Source of the DNA: Clostridiales bacterium
GTDB taxonomy: Bacteria > Bacillota > Clostridia > Peptostreptococcales > Anaerovoracaceae
Direction: 5' to 3'
DNA: 64,000 nt
Assembly: GCA_015058275.1 (NCBI GenBank)
Contig: SVCQ01000002.1
Location: forward strand, 52,902-116,901
In this document: piece by piece, positions 54,232-64,000 of the stretch
Layout: each line of letters begins with the position of its first letter
How positions within the stretch are numbered: position 1 is the stretch's first letter
Translations under genes and position numbers: made by a program
The notes under the pieces: generated by a model
Database searches by the model: none
What the model was told of the DNA's origin: nothing
Seen by the model: the letters and a program-made list of their open reading frames with translations, nothing else

Positions 54232-55515
54232 ATGAAGAAGAGCACAGCTAAAAAACTGCTTGTTGCACTGCTCGCTTTCGTAATGACATTTGCGATGGCA
54301 GCATGCGGAGGCGGCGGTGATGAGAAGACTTCGTCCGGCGACGGCATCACTATCTTCAACTCAAAGATGGAGATCCAGGATCAGTTCGAAGAACTCGCCA
54401 AGCAGTACACAGAGGAGACTGGAGTTCCTGTAGAAGTTTACTATTCGCAGGATACAGTTGCGGCTCACCTCGCAACCAAGTATGCATCCAAGGATCCATA
54501 CACAATCAACATGGTAGATGCCAAGGATATCTACACACTCGCCAAGGAGTACGGAGCTGACATGTCCGGAGAGGCTTGGGTAGAAGACACTGACTACGCT
54601 ATCTCCGTAGACGACAAGGTTCTCGGATTCCCTACCTGCATCGAGGCCAGAGGCGTCATCTACAACGCAGAGGGCATCAAGAAGGTTACAGGCAAGGATT
54701 TCGATCCTGCTTCCATCACTACTCTTGATGACTTCAAGGCATGCCTCGACTCACTCGTAAAGGGCGGCATGGAGTCCCCTACAGCTATCATGAAGGAAGA
54801 CTGGTCACTCGCAGCTCACTACCTCCAGCAGGTATACGAGGAGAGAGAAGATCCTGAAGCATTCATTCAGGGCCTCTACAAGGGTGAAGTTGACCTCATG
54901 AAGGACGAGAAGTTCAACGCACTCATGGATACATTCGATGTACTCAAGCAGTACAACTATGCTAAGTCCAGCCCGATCGCAGCTGAGAGAGACCTCTCCG
55001 AGCAGGGCCTCGCTGAGGGAACTATCGCATTCATGTTCGGCGGTAACTGGGACTTCGCAGAGATGAAGAAGCATGACTACATCGGCGGAGCAGGCATGAT
55101 GCCGGTACCTCAGAACGTACAGGACGACTACACAGGCAAGCTGGTAGGCGGCGGTTCGAAGTACATCTACATCGACGGCAGTGAGTACACTTCCGAAGAG
55201 AAGCAGCAGCAGGCTAAGGACTTCCTTAACTGGCTGGTATCGTCCGACGCAGGTAAGGCCTTCATCTCCGACACATGCGGAATGGTTTCGCCGTTCAAGA
55301 GCAACGACGTAGAGTGCTCCGATGATCTCGGTAAGGCTGTAAAGACTTATGCTGATGCAGGCAACCTCGTTCCTAACTATGACTATGACCCTGATGACCA
55401 CTATTCAGTACTCGGTGCTGAGATGCAGAAGTACCTCGCAGATCAGTGCACAAGAGAAGAGCTGGCTAAGGCTATTCAGGATTACTGGGCTAACGTTACA
55501 CCTGTAGAGCACTAA
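54232..55515 (+). CDS. sugar ABC transporter substrate-binding lipoprotein
   Basis: Lipobox MAAC followed by GGGG, and a family-1 extracellular solute-binding fold. Confidence 0.88.
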   Translation: MKKSTAKKLLVALLAFVMTFAMAACGGGGDEKTSSGDGITIFNSKMEIQDQFEELAKQYTEETGVPVEVYYSQDTVAAHLATKYASKDPYTINMVDAKDIYTLAKEYGADMSGEAWVEDTDYAISVDDKVLGFPTCIEARGVIYNAEGIKKVTGKDFDPASITTLDDFKACLDSLVKGGMESPTAIMKEDWSLAAHYLQQVYEEREDPEAFIQGLYKGEVDLMKDEKFNALMDTFDVLKQYNYAKSSPIAAERDLSEQGLAEGTIAFMFGGNWDFAEMKKHDYIGGAGMMPVPQNVQDDYTGKLVGGGSKYIYIDGSEYTSEEKQQQAKDFLNWLVSSDAGKAFISDTCGMVSPFKSNDVECSDDLGKAVKTYADAGNLVPNYDYDPDDHYSVLGAEMQKYLADQCTREELAKAIQDYWANVTPVEH

Positions 55516-55549
55516 TCACCTAATCAGGATCAACTGATCAGAACGTCAT

Positions 55550-55595
55550 CCGGTAAGAGCATCCTTAGCGGGATGTCTCTTACCGGAGGCTTTTA
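55550..55595 (+). terminator. long hairpin after the binding-protein gene (partial terminator / mRNA stabiliser)
   Basis: 15-bp stem 55550-55564 / 55571-55586 with one bulge, followed by AGGCTTTTA. Confidence 0.5.
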
Positions 55596-55628
55596 TACGT
55601 AATCTGATCGTGAATCAAAGGGGTCAAT

Positions 55629-56507
55629 ATGGAAAGAAACACATTTAGTTACAAATTAAAACAGATACTGATGTTTGCAGGCCCGGGCACGATCCTTTTC
55701 TTCTGTGTAGTAGTAGTTCCGTTTATCTACGGTCTCTACCTGACATTCACAAGCTGGGACGGTGTGTCCATCGAAAAGCCGCTGGTAGGCTTCGCCAACT
55801 ACGCGGCTGCATTCGCTGACACAGCTTACTGGGTTGCACTGGGAAGGACAGCGATCTACTCGATCTTTTCGGTAGTCTTCATAAACGTGCTTGCTTTTGC
55901 TCTCGCTTATCTGGTTACGAGCGGAGTCAAGGGACAGAATTTCTTCCGTGCCGGATTCTTCGTACCTAACCTGATCGGCGGTATCGTACTCGGTTATGTA
56001 TGGAAGTTCGTCTTCAACAGAGCCTATGTCGCGGTAGCAAGCGCGATCATCGGAGCTCCGGCGACATCGCCGCTTGCCACTACAGGCGGAGCGATGTTCT
56101 GTCTCATCTTCGTATCTGTCTGGCAGTATGCCGGATACATGATGCTGATTTATGTGGCAGGTTTCATGAGCGTATCCGACTCACTCAAAGAGGCAGCCAT
56201 GATCGACGGCTGCACTCCATCGCAGGCAATGCGCAACGTAACGATCCCGCTTATGCGTTCATCGTTCGTACAGTGCATATTCCTCAGCATCACAAGATGC
56301 TTCGTAGTATACGATGTCAACCTGTCGTTGACTAAGGGCGAGCCGTTCAACACTTCGGTAATGGCCGCGATGCACGTATACAACACCGCGTTTACGTACA
56401 AGCAGTACGGCATGGGCCAGGCTGAGGCTCTCATCCTCTTCCTGGTATGCGCTATCGTCGGTGTCACTCAGGTTATGATCGGTAAGAAAGGAGAGGTGGA
56501 AGCATAA
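55629..56507 (+). CDS. carbohydrate ABC transporter permease
   Basis: MalF/MsmF-like 6-TM permease with an EAA loop (SLKEAAMIDG). Confidence 0.9.
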   Translation: MERNTFSYKLKQILMFAGPGTILFFCVVVVPFIYGLYLTFTSWDGVSIEKPLVGFANYAAAFADTAYWVALGRTAIYSIFSVVFINVLAFALAYLVTSGVKGQNFFRAGFFVPNLIGGIVLGYVWKFVFNRAYVAVASAIIGAPATSPLATTGGAMFCLIFVSVWQYAGYMMLIYVAGFMSVSDSLKEAAMIDGCTPSQAMRNVTIPLMRSSFVQCIFLSITRCFVVYDVNLSLTKGEPFNTSVMAAMHVYNTAFTYKQYGMGQAEALILFLVCAIVGVTQVMIGKKGEVEA

Positions 56508-57370
56508 TGACTCAGAACGAAAAAGCCGCAGCGGCAAAGAAGAGAAGTCATGTGATCATGATCATTATACTGGTCCTGCTCTTCATACTCTTCATCATAC
56601 CGTTTGTAATGGTAATTATTAACGTTTTCAAGGTTAAGACAGATATCGTGGCAGATCCTCTGGCACTCGTCGGAGAGCACGGGTTCACACTTCAGAACTT
56701 CCCTGAGGCTATGGAGAAGATGAACTTCTTCGTGGTATTCAAGAACTCGCTGATCGTCACAGTGTTCTCAACGATACTTACCATTCTGGTCTCGGCGATG
56801 GCGTCCTTCGTTATCGTACGTAACGGCAAGTGGAAATTCTGCACGGGTCTGTTCGCACTCATGGTAGCTTCCATGGTAATCCCGTTCCAGGTACTGATGG
56901 TACCGCTGGTATCGGTATACGGAGGCATCTTCGGAGTGCTCAACCACCGCATCACACTTATACTGATGCATACAGGATTCTCAGTCTCCATGGCTACATT
57001 CATGTTCCACGGAGCGATTCACACAAACATACCGCTGGAGCTTGAGGAAGCGGCTCTGATAGACGGATGCTCGAGATGGCAGACCTTCTGGAAGATCGTA
57101 TTCCCTCTGCTCAAGCCTACAATAGCTACAGTAGCGATCATCGACGCGATGGCGTTCTGGAACGACTACCTCCTGCCAAGCCTTGTGCTCACAGGTAAGG
57201 AGCTCTATACGATCCCTATCGCTACTCAGGCATTCTACGGAACTTACTCTTCGGATATCGGACTGATCATGGCTGCACTGCTTCTGGCTATGCTGCCTAT
57301 CCTCATCCTGTATCTCTTCCTGCAGAAGTACATCGTTGCAGGTGTTACCGCAGGAGCCGTAAAGGGCTAA
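56507..57370 (+). CDS. carbohydrate ABC transporter permease
   Basis: MalG/MsmG-like permease (LEEAALIDGCSRWQTFWKIVFPL). The start overlaps the upstream stop. Confidence 0.9.
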   Translation: MTQNEKAAAAKKRSHVIMIIILVLLFILFIIPFVMVIINVFKVKTDIVADPLALVGEHGFTLQNFPEAMEKMNFFVVFKNSLIVTVFSTILTILVSAMASFVIVRNGKWKFCTGLFALMVASMVIPFQVLMVPLVSVYGGIFGVLNHRITLILMHTGFSVSMATFMFHGAIHTNIPLELEEAALIDGCSRWQTFWKIVFPLLKPTIATVAIIDAMAFWNDYLLPSLVLTGKELYTIPIATQAFYGTYSSDIGLIMAALLLAMLPILILYLFLQKYIVAGVTAGAVKG

Positions 57371-57411
57371 TGTACCCGGCGGGATACGAACTGACAGCAG
57401 ACATATAACAG

Positions 57412-58035
57412 ATGGATAAATTCTTTGATTCAGAGAACCCGCTGATGGTATTTCTCTCACGCCTGGTCGATCTGGCGATACTGAATGTGCTCACCGTATG
57501 CACATCCATGCTGATCGTGACCGCGGGCGGAGCGATGACAGCAATGAACAACGTGCTGCTCCATCTTGTGAGGAGAGACGAGACTTACGTAACGACGATG
57601 TTCTGGACTTCTTTCAAAAAGAACTTCAGACAGGGCATCCCCGAGGGACTGCTGGTGCTGGCGGCAGCCGTCATCACCGCCGTCGATATGTGGGCTCTGC
57701 ACGGATACGGATCCAAAGCCGCAACTCTGCTGATGATCGTGATCACGATCATTGCAATGTTCATGGCTGCGACATTTGTATATATGTTTGCGCTCCAGTC
57801 AAGGTATGAGAACACAGTTCGCGGTACATTGGTAAATGCGTTCAGGCTGGCGATCGGCAATCTGCCGAGGACGGTCGGGATGATAGCAATATGGCTGATA
57901 TGGGGACTGATACTTGTGTATCTGCACAGAGCAGCTCCCGCATTCTTCATGATATTCGGCCTTACTCTGCCGGGATATCTGTGTGCCATGCTTTATAACG
58001 GAGTATTCTACAATCTGGAGACTGAAGGAGAATAA
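57412..58035 (+). CDS. YesL family (DUF624) membrane protein
   Basis: LNVLTVCTSMLIVTAGGAMTAM...FWTSFKKNFRQG pattern. Embedded in a sugar ABC locus, as is usual for this family. Confidence 0.75.
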   Translation: MDKFFDSENPLMVFLSRLVDLAILNVLTVCTSMLIVTAGGAMTAMNNVLLHLVRRDETYVTTMFWTSFKKNFRQGIPEGLLVLAAAVITAVDMWALHGYGSKAATLLMIVITIIAMFMAATFVYMFALQSRYENTVRGTLVNAFRLAIGNLPRTVGMIAIWLIWGLILVYLHRAAPAFFMIFGLTLPGYLCAMLYNGVFYNLETEGE

Positions 58036-58040
58036 AAAAT

Positions 58041-59147
58041 ATGGCAAGTTTATCATTAAAACACATTGAGAAGATTTACGAGAACGGCTTCCACGCTGTT
58101 CACGATTTCAATCTCGAAGTAGCAGACAAAGAGTTCATCATCTTTGTCGGACCTTCCGGCTGCGGAAAGTCCACTACACTGCGTATGATCGCAGGACTCG
58201 AGGATATCTCCGAAGGAGAGTTCCTCATCGACGGCGTCAAGATGAATGACGTAGAGCCTAAGGACAGAGACATCGCCATGGTATTCCAGAGCTACGCCCT
58301 CTATCCGCACATGACGGTAAGAGACAACATGGGATTCGCTCTCAAGCTCAGGAAGATCCCGCAGGCTGAGATCGACGAAAAGGTCAACGAAGTTGCCAAG
58401 ATCCTCGACCTCGAAAAGCTGCTCGACCGTAAGCCAAAGGCCCTCTCCGGAGGCCAGAGACAGCGTGTAGCCATGGGACGTGCCATCGTCAGGAACCCTA
58501 AGGTATTCCTCATGGACGAGCCGCTGTCCAACCTCGACGCCAAGCTGAGAGTTCAGATGAGAACCGAGATCGCCAAGCTCCACGAGAGACTGGGCACAAC
58601 GATCATCTATGTAACTCACGACCAGACTGAGGCTATGACACTCGGTACACGTATCGTAGTTATGAAGGACGGTATCGTTCAGCAGATCAACACACCTGAG
58701 CATCTCTACAACAAGCCATGCAACCTCTTCGTTGCCGGCTTCATCGGATCGCCTCAGATGAACTTCCTCGACGCAGTTGTTGAGGCCAAGGGAGGCGAAG
58801 CGCTCCTGCACATCGGAGATGATGTCATCAAGCTGACAGGCGACAAGGCCAAGGCTGTCGAAGGCTATGACGGCAAGACTATCGTAGTCGGTATCCGTCC
58901 TGAGCACTTCGGTGACGGCAGAGGCCAGGAGGGCAAGCAGAACACTCTCAAGTGCAAGGTCGAGGTCCGCGAGCTCCTCGGTGCCGAGGTCTTCCTCTAT
59001 GGAGATATCAACGGCAAGCAGTGCACAGCCAGAGTTGACCCGTCGGTCGACCTGACTAACGGCATGGACGCTGTCTACCTCGTAGACACTGACAAGATCC
59101 AGCTCTTCGACAAGGAGACCGAGAAGAGCCTGCTCTGGACTGAGTAG
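58041..59147 (+). CDS. sugar ABC transporter ATP-binding protein (MsmK/UgpC/MalK type)
   Basis: Walker A GPSGCGKST, LSGGQRQRVAMGRA, FLMDEPLSNLD and a C-terminal TOBE-like regulatory domain. Confidence 0.92.
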   Translation: MASLSLKHIEKIYENGFHAVHDFNLEVADKEFIIFVGPSGCGKSTTLRMIAGLEDISEGEFLIDGVKMNDVEPKDRDIAMVFQSYALYPHMTVRDNMGFALKLRKIPQAEIDEKVNEVAKILDLEKLLDRKPKALSGGQRQRVAMGRAIVRNPKVFLMDEPLSNLDAKLRVQMRTEIAKLHERLGTTIIYVTHDQTEAMTLGTRIVVMKDGIVQQINTPEHLYNKPCNLFVAGFIGSPQMNFLDAVVEAKGGEALLHIGDDVIKLTGDKAKAVEGYDGKTIVVGIRPEHFGDGRGQEGKQNTLKCKVEVRELLGAEVFLYGDINGKQCTARVDPSVDLTNGMDAVYLVDTDKIQLFDKETEKSLLWTE

Positions 59148-59172
59148 TTCCGGCTTACACAAATCACTTACA

Positions 59173-59198
59173 AACGGAGGCTTTCGGGCCTCCGTTTT
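59173..59198 (+). terminator. intrinsic terminator
   Basis: AACGGAGGC (59173-59181) / GCCTCCGTT (59188-59196) running into TTTT. Confidence 0.85.
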
Positions 59199-59278
59199 GC
59201 ATGTAAATATGGTATTATTGATTATCACAGCGTGCCCGGCTCAGGGCACAGCAATAATACTATTCAAGAGGACAAAAG

Positions 59279-61519
59279 ATGAGCATACTTTACGACGAAC
59301 AGAGCAGGATAATCACCATAAACACTGCGAACACCACATACCAGATGATCATAGGACCTCACCGCTTCATACAGCACAATTACTACGGGAAGCGCATAGG
59401 TGAGGAGGACCTCAGCTACCTGCATCTTCACTACGACAGGGCGTGCTCAGGCAATCCCGATGAGGTCTTCCCGAGCCGCAGGATATCCCTGGATGTAATA
59501 CCTCAGGAGTATCCGAGCGCGGGCGTGGGCGACTTCCGCATACACCCGATGTCGGTACACAACGGCGACGGCAGCTACGGTGCGGACTTCAGATATGTCA
59601 AGCACGAGGTCATAAAAGGCAAGTATGAGCTCGGAGGCCTGCCTTCGTCATACGATGCGGCCGGCGGGGCGGAGACCCTTGTTGTTACTATGGACGACAA
59701 GATCACCGGCCTGACCCTCGAGCTCCTGTACGGAGTCTTTGAGGAAGAGGACGTGATCACCAGGGCTGTCCGTTTTGTCAACAAGGGCAGCTACGAGGAG
59801 GTCCTGACAAGGGCGCTTTCGATGTCCCTTGACATCCCTTACGGCAAGTGGGATCTAGTGCACTTCCATGGCAAACATGCACTGGAGAGGCAGACAGAGA
59901 GGGAGAGGATAGGGCATTCTGCCGTGACCGTCGGATCGACCCGCGGCACATCCAGCCATCAGGAGAACCCTTTCATCATTATCGCAGACAGGCGCACGGA
60001 TGAGGATCACGGCGACTGCTACGGCATGATGCTCGTGTATTCGGGCAGCTTCAAGGCCCAGGTCGAGGCCGATCAGTTCGATTCGGTCAGGGCCATCATG
60101 GGCATACACGACGAGCAGTTCGCATGGCACCTCGCGCCGGGAGAGAGCTTCACGACGCCTGAGGTCATAATGACATACAGCCCGGACGGTCTGACGGATC
60201 TGTCCCACAAGTACCATCACTTCATAAGGAACAACATATGCAGGGGCAAGTACCAGTTCGCCAGGAGGCCTGTCCTGATCAACAACTGGGAGGCCACATA
60301 CTTTGATTTCAACGACGAAAAGATACTGGCAATAGCCGACGAGGCTGCCGAGCTCGGCATAGAGATGCTCGTGCTCGACGACGGCTGGTTCGGCCAGCGC
60401 AACAGCGACAATGCCGGTCTCGGCGACTGGTATGTCAACGAAGACAAGATAAAGGGCGGCCTGACCAGCCTCGTACAGAAGGTCAACGAAAAGGGGCTCA
60501 AGTTCGGCATATGGATAGAGCCTGAGATGATCAACGAGGACTCGGCTCTGTACAGGGAGCATCCGGACTGGGTGTTCGCCATGCCGGGCCGCAAGCCGAC
60601 ACGCGGCCGCAACCAGCTGGTGCTCGACATGGGCAGGTCGGAGGTCATCGAATACCTATACTCGCGCATCGAGGCGCTGCTTGCCGGCAACAATATAGAA
60701 TACGTCAAGTGGGACATGAACAGGTCCCTCTCGGATGTGCACTCCAATGCGCTTCCTGCAAGTCGCCAGGGCGAGGCTCTCCACAGATACATGCTGGGAG
60801 TCTATGAGCTGATGGGCCGCATCAACAGGAACTTCCCGAACGTGCTTCTCGAGGGCTGCTCCGGAGGCGGCGCGAGATTCGACGCAGGCATACTCTGCTA
60901 CTCGCCTCAGATCTGGTGCTCGGACGATACCGATCCTATACACAGGCTCAATATCCAGTACGGAACTTCTTTCGGATATCCGGTGAGCACGATGGGATCT
61001 CATGTGTCCGCATCGCCTAATCACCAGACGGGCAGGACGACTCCTATGTTCACAAGAGCGGTCGTTGCGATGTCCGGCACCTTCGGCTACGAACTGGACC
61101 CGGCAAAGCTGAGCGACGAGGAGAAGTCTCAGATAAGAGATCAGATCGCGGACTTCAAGAGATATTACGATCTCATCCAGAGCGGCGATCACTACAGGCT
61201 TACCGAGATCGGAGACGACTACTTCGAGGCCTGGGAGTTTGCGGCATCCGACGCGAGCGAAGCTCTTCTGAATGTAGTCGTGACCGATATACAGCCGAAT
61301 CCTACGCTCATGAACATAAGGCTCAAGGGACTCGATCCTGATGCCGTATATGAGATGACCGAAAAAAAATACGCAAACGAAAACGTTCCGCCTGAGTTCT
61401 CAACTGACAGCGTCAGGAAGAGAGAGCTCAGAGGTGACGCGCTTATGAACGCCGGCTATACGCTGGAGTGGGCATTCGGAGATTATCCGGCCCTTCAGAT
61501 CCACCTGCGCAGACTGTGA
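59279..61519 (+). CDS. GH36 alpha-galactosidase
   Basis: Length and motifs of AgaA/MelA-type GH36 enzymes (LINNWEATYFDFN, MLVLDDGWFG, IEYVKWDMNR, LLEGCSGGGARFD). Confidence 0.92.
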   Translation: MSILYDEQSRIITINTANTTYQMIIGPHRFIQHNYYGKRIGEEDLSYLHLHYDRACSGNPDEVFPSRRISLDVIPQEYPSAGVGDFRIHPMSVHNGDGSYGADFRYVKHEVIKGKYELGGLPSSYDAAGGAETLVVTMDDKITGLTLELLYGVFEEEDVITRAVRFVNKGSYEEVLTRALSMSLDIPYGKWDLVHFHGKHALERQTERERIGHSAVTVGSTRGTSSHQENPFIIIADRRTDEDHGDCYGMMLVYSGSFKAQVEADQFDSVRAIMGIHDEQFAWHLAPGESFTTPEVIMTYSPDGLTDLSHKYHHFIRNNICRGKYQFARRPVLINNWEATYFDFNDEKILAIADEAAELGIEMLVLDDGWFGQRNSDNAGLGDWYVNEDKIKGGLTSLVQKVNEKGLKFGIWIEPEMINEDSALYREHPDWVFAMPGRKPTRGRNQLVLDMGRSEVIEYLYSRIEALLAGNNIEYVKWDMNRSLSDVHSNALPASRQGEALHRYMLGVYELMGRINRNFPNVLLEGCSGGGARFDAGILCYSPQIWCSDDTDPIHRLNIQYGTSFGYPVSTMGSHVSASPNHQTGRTTPMFTRAVVAMSGTFGYELDPAKLSDEEKSQIRDQIADFKRYYDLIQSGDHYRLTEIGDDYFEAWEFAASDASEALLNVVVTDIQPNPTLMNIRLKGLDPDAVYEMTEKKYANENVPPEFSTDSVRKRELRGDALMNAGYTLEWAFGDYPALQIHLRRL

Positions 61520-61527
61520 GGTTCCAC

Positions 61528-63186
61528 ATGATCAGCAAAGAACTCGCAAAGGCAAGAGAATACGAAGAACGCGAGAGCGCTCTCATCGCAGATGAAGACC
61601 GCCCGGCGTTCCACTTTACGCCGCGCATAGGATGGCTCAACGACCCTAACGGATTCTCGTACTATGACGGCAGATATCATCTGTTCTATCAGTACCATCC
61701 GTACAATACCTACTGGGGCCCGATGCACTGGGGCCACGCCGTGAGCGATGACATGATCAGCTGGGAGTATCTCCCCTGCGCTCTGGCTCCGGATACAGAC
61801 TACGACGGTGCAGGGTGCTTCTCGGGCTCAGCCATGACGCTTGCCGACGGCAGGCAGCTTCTCATATACACAGGCTGCAGCGATGACGGCAGCGATCCTC
61901 TCGGCAAGGGCCGCTGGCGCGAAGAGCAGTGCGTCGCAGTGCTCGATCCTGAGTCCGGAGAGTATGTCAAATATGAGGGGAATCCCGTCATAACAGAGGC
62001 TGACATGCCTGAGGGCGGGGATGTGTATGAATTCCGCGACCCGTATATCTGGCAGGTCAGGGACGGCTCCTTCAGGGTCCTTGCCGCAGGCGGCAGGACG
62101 GGCGAGATCACTCCGGAGGGCAGCTACCTCGCGGAGGGCGGCACTCAGCTTCTGCTCTACAAAAGCACAGACGGCTTCGAGTGGGAGTTCGAAAAGGTCT
62201 TCTTTGAGGACGAGCGCCGCATCGGCATCATGTGGGAGTGCCCGAACTTCTTCAGATTCGGCGGCAGGTTCATGCTGATCGCAAGTCCTATGGACATGGC
62301 CATGGAGGAGGGCGACGCAGTCGGCTCCGTGAGATTCCCAAAGGGCAATAACGTCTGCTACATAACGGGCAATTACAACGACAAAGAAGAAAGCTTCGCC
62401 CACGACAATACGGAGGGCAAGTTCAGATACGAGCCGGTCGACGGCGGCCTTGACTTCTATGCGCCTCAGGTGATGAAGACTCCTGACGGCAGGCATGTGA
62501 TGATAGGCTGGATGCAGGATCCGGCGACGGCCAATTACATAAGCCCGGAGGACTTCCTCGATGACGGCTCCATGAAGCACGTCTCCATCGCCGATTCCAG
62601 GAGCGGCTATGTGCACGGGGAGCCCGGCAGCCGCATTTTCGGCCAGATGACCGTGCCGAGAGAGCTGACCCTCAGGGGTGACAGGCTCATTCAGTGGCCG
62701 GTGAGAGAGCTCGAGGAGTACAGGACGGGACAGACGGTGTCCGCCAGCATAGACCTCGACTCGGAGACAAGGAGCATCGAGGGCATCTCCGGCAGGGCGC
62801 TGGACATGACTCTGGAGATAAGCCCTGAGTCGGCATCCGCTGCCGGCATGTGCTCGCTCGATGAATTCACGATCAGATTCGCAAGGGACTACGAGCATTA
62901 CGTAGAGATCAGCTACAGGCCTGACAGCTCTGTAGTCACCATAGACAGGAGCAATGCCGGTCAGTCGGACGATCTGACAAAGAGGCGCAGCATCCGCGTC
63001 AGGGACCGCAGGGGCCATATCAACCTGAGGATACTGATAGACAAGTGGAGCGCCGAGATCTTTGTCAACGGAGGCGAGCAGGTCATGTCTCTTACCTACT
63101 ATACGCCTGAGGAAGCTGACGGCATCACATTCACCGTCGAGGGCAGGGCCATACTCGACGTGCTCTCGTACACGATGAAGTCATAA
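61528..63186 (+). CDS. GH32 sucrose-6-phosphate hydrolase / beta-fructofuranosidase
   Basis: PAFHFTPRIGWLNDPNGFSYYDGRYHLFYQYHP (WxNDPNG box), FRDP, WECP. ATG 61528 is preferred over the ORF-track start 61468, which overlaps the GH36 gene. Confidence 0.9.
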   Translation: MISKELAKAREYEERESALIADEDRPAFHFTPRIGWLNDPNGFSYYDGRYHLFYQYHPYNTYWGPMHWGHAVSDDMISWEYLPCALAPDTDYDGAGCFSGSAMTLADGRQLLIYTGCSDDGSDPLGKGRWREEQCVAVLDPESGEYVKYEGNPVITEADMPEGGDVYEFRDPYIWQVRDGSFRVLAAGGRTGEITPEGSYLAEGGTQLLLYKSTDGFEWEFEKVFFEDERRIGIMWECPNFFRFGGRFMLIASPMDMAMEEGDAVGSVRFPKGNNVCYITGNYNDKEESFAHDNTEGKFRYEPVDGGLDFYAPQVMKTPDGRHVMIGWMQDPATANYISPEDFLDDGSMKHVSIADSRSGYVHGEPGSRIFGQMTVPRELTLRGDRLIQWPVRELEEYRTGQTVSASIDLDSETRSIEGISGRALDMTLEISPESASAAGMCSLDEFTIRFARDYEHYVEISYRPDSSVVTIDRSNAGQSDDLTKRRSIRVRDRRGHINLRILIDKWSAEIFVNGGEQVMSLTYYTPEEADGITFTVEGRAILDVLSYTMKS

Positions 63187-63198
63187 GGATAAGGGGCT

Positions 63199-64000
63199 AT
63201 GAAGACTGAGGGTATCAGGAACAGATGGCCTGAGGCACTGATAGTGCTGCAGTCTGTAATATACGGATTCGGCGATCCGATCTCCAAGATCGCTTTTGAG
63301 GTGACGCCGGTATACACGATGATGTCTGTAAGATACAGCATCGCGTTCGTGCTGGCGCTCATTGTATTCAGAAAGCGGGTGGCAGAGACTCTGAGGAGCG
63401 TGCCCGTCAGGGCTTGGCTTTTGCCGGGCCTTTGCATGGGCCTGAGCTATGTGCTCAACAACGTGGCGCTGGCTCTTACGGAGGCGACATCGGTTGCCTT
63501 CCTGAGGTCTTTGTCTGTCGTGCTGACTCCGCTCTTTGCATTCGTGATATACAGGAGGAGATACCGCATTGCGATACTCCTCATACAGATAATGGTGCTG
63601 CCGGGAATGTACCTTCTCTGCGTCAGGGGAGGCCTGTCCGGGTTCGGACCCGGCGAGATCGTATCTCTTCTCGCGGCGGCTCTCATGGCTGGAGCCCTGG
63701 TGACAAGCCACAGGTATCTTGAGGAGGTCGATCCCGCGGCCATGACCACGCTCATGGCCGGCTGCTCTGCGGCGCTCGCGCTCGCAGGCAGCTTCCTCAC
63801 AGAAGGCGGGATCCACCTTGAGACGACCACTCCGAAGGCCTGGGCCATAATCCTCTATCTGGCCATAGCCTGCACGCTCTTCGGCTACCTGATGCAGAAC
63901 CTCGCTCTTACCAGGATCTCAGAGCGCTCCGTCGCTCTCCTGCAGAGCCTGTGTCCTGTAATGACAGCGATCTTTGCGTTCCTGCTCCTCGGAGAGCGCC
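63199..64000 (+). CDS. DMT (EamA) family transporter, truncated by window end
   Basis: My own translation from ATG 63199 stays open to the window end. It shows two EamA-type halves (...LFGYLMQNLALTRISERSVALLQSLCPVMTAIFAFLLLGER). It is absent from the ORF track because no stop is reached. Confidence 0.8.
   Translation, partial: MKTEGIRNRWPEALIVLQSVIYGFGDPISKIAFEVTPVYTMMSVRYSIAFVLALIVFRKRVAETLRSVPVRAWLLPGLCMGLSYVLNNVALALTEATSVAFLRSLSVVLTPLFAFVIYRRRYRIAILLIQIMVLPGMYLLCVRGGLSGFGPGEIVSLLAAALMAGALVTSHRYLEEVDPAAMTTLMAGCSAALALAGSFLTEGGIHLETTTPKAWAIILYLAIACTLFGYLMQNLALTRISERSVALLQSLCPVMTAIFAFLLLGER

Overview
This window reads as core chromosome of a Gram-positive anaerobe of the Clostridia type, not an accessory island. 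That assignment is inferred from gene content: secA/prfB/addB, sortase B, lipoprotein boxes, and MBG and Listeria-Bacteroides-type surface-protein repeats. All recognisable genes except one are on the + strand.

Gene order:
- metNIQ methionine ABC transporter, preceded by a promoter, a Met-rich mini-ORF and an intrinsic terminator
- an Asp/Glu-racemase-family gene
- a 2129-aa protein with 23 tandem ~78-aa MBG-like repeats
- CNNM/CorC-type membrane protein
- secA
- two tandem copies of a ~182-nt structured repeat
- a short LemA-like gene plus a DUF2207 gene
- SGNH hydrolase
- HAD phosphatase
- prfB with its +1 frameshift
- addB, with no addA next to it
- MBL-fold hydrolase carrying an in-frame palindromic-repeat insertion
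- rlmH
- a 7-gene V-type ATPase operon (E, DUF2764, A, B, D, I, K)
- the single reverse-strand orphan gene
- phosphohexomutase
- sortase B
- MATE transporter fused to a GHKL-like domain
- a phosphoribosyltransferase
- a livJHMGF-like branched-chain amino acid transporter with an Ile/Val-rich upstream mini-ORF
- a third, inverted copy of the 182-nt repeat
- a tightly packed operon: lipoprotein, XpaC-like membrane protein, TelA-like protein, secreted nuclease, EAL-GGDEF protein, esterase, GH13 glucosidase
- a raffinose-type sugar locus (ABC transporter, GH36 alpha-galactosidase, GH32 sucrase)
- a truncated DMT transporter at the window edge

I recognised no rRNA, tRNA, CRISPR array, transposase, integrase or classical defence island.

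The signals I consider most worth follow-up are:
1. Leader-peptide style attenuator candidates in front of two amino-acid transporters.
2. The multi-copy 182-nt structured element.
3. A palindromic repeat family that is tandemly expanded and inserted in-frame into a conserved enzyme.
4. The giant repeat protein, which has no export or anchoring signal.
5. The isolated reverse-strand nuclease-like gene.

All functional calls come from motif recognition by eye. No database search was run.
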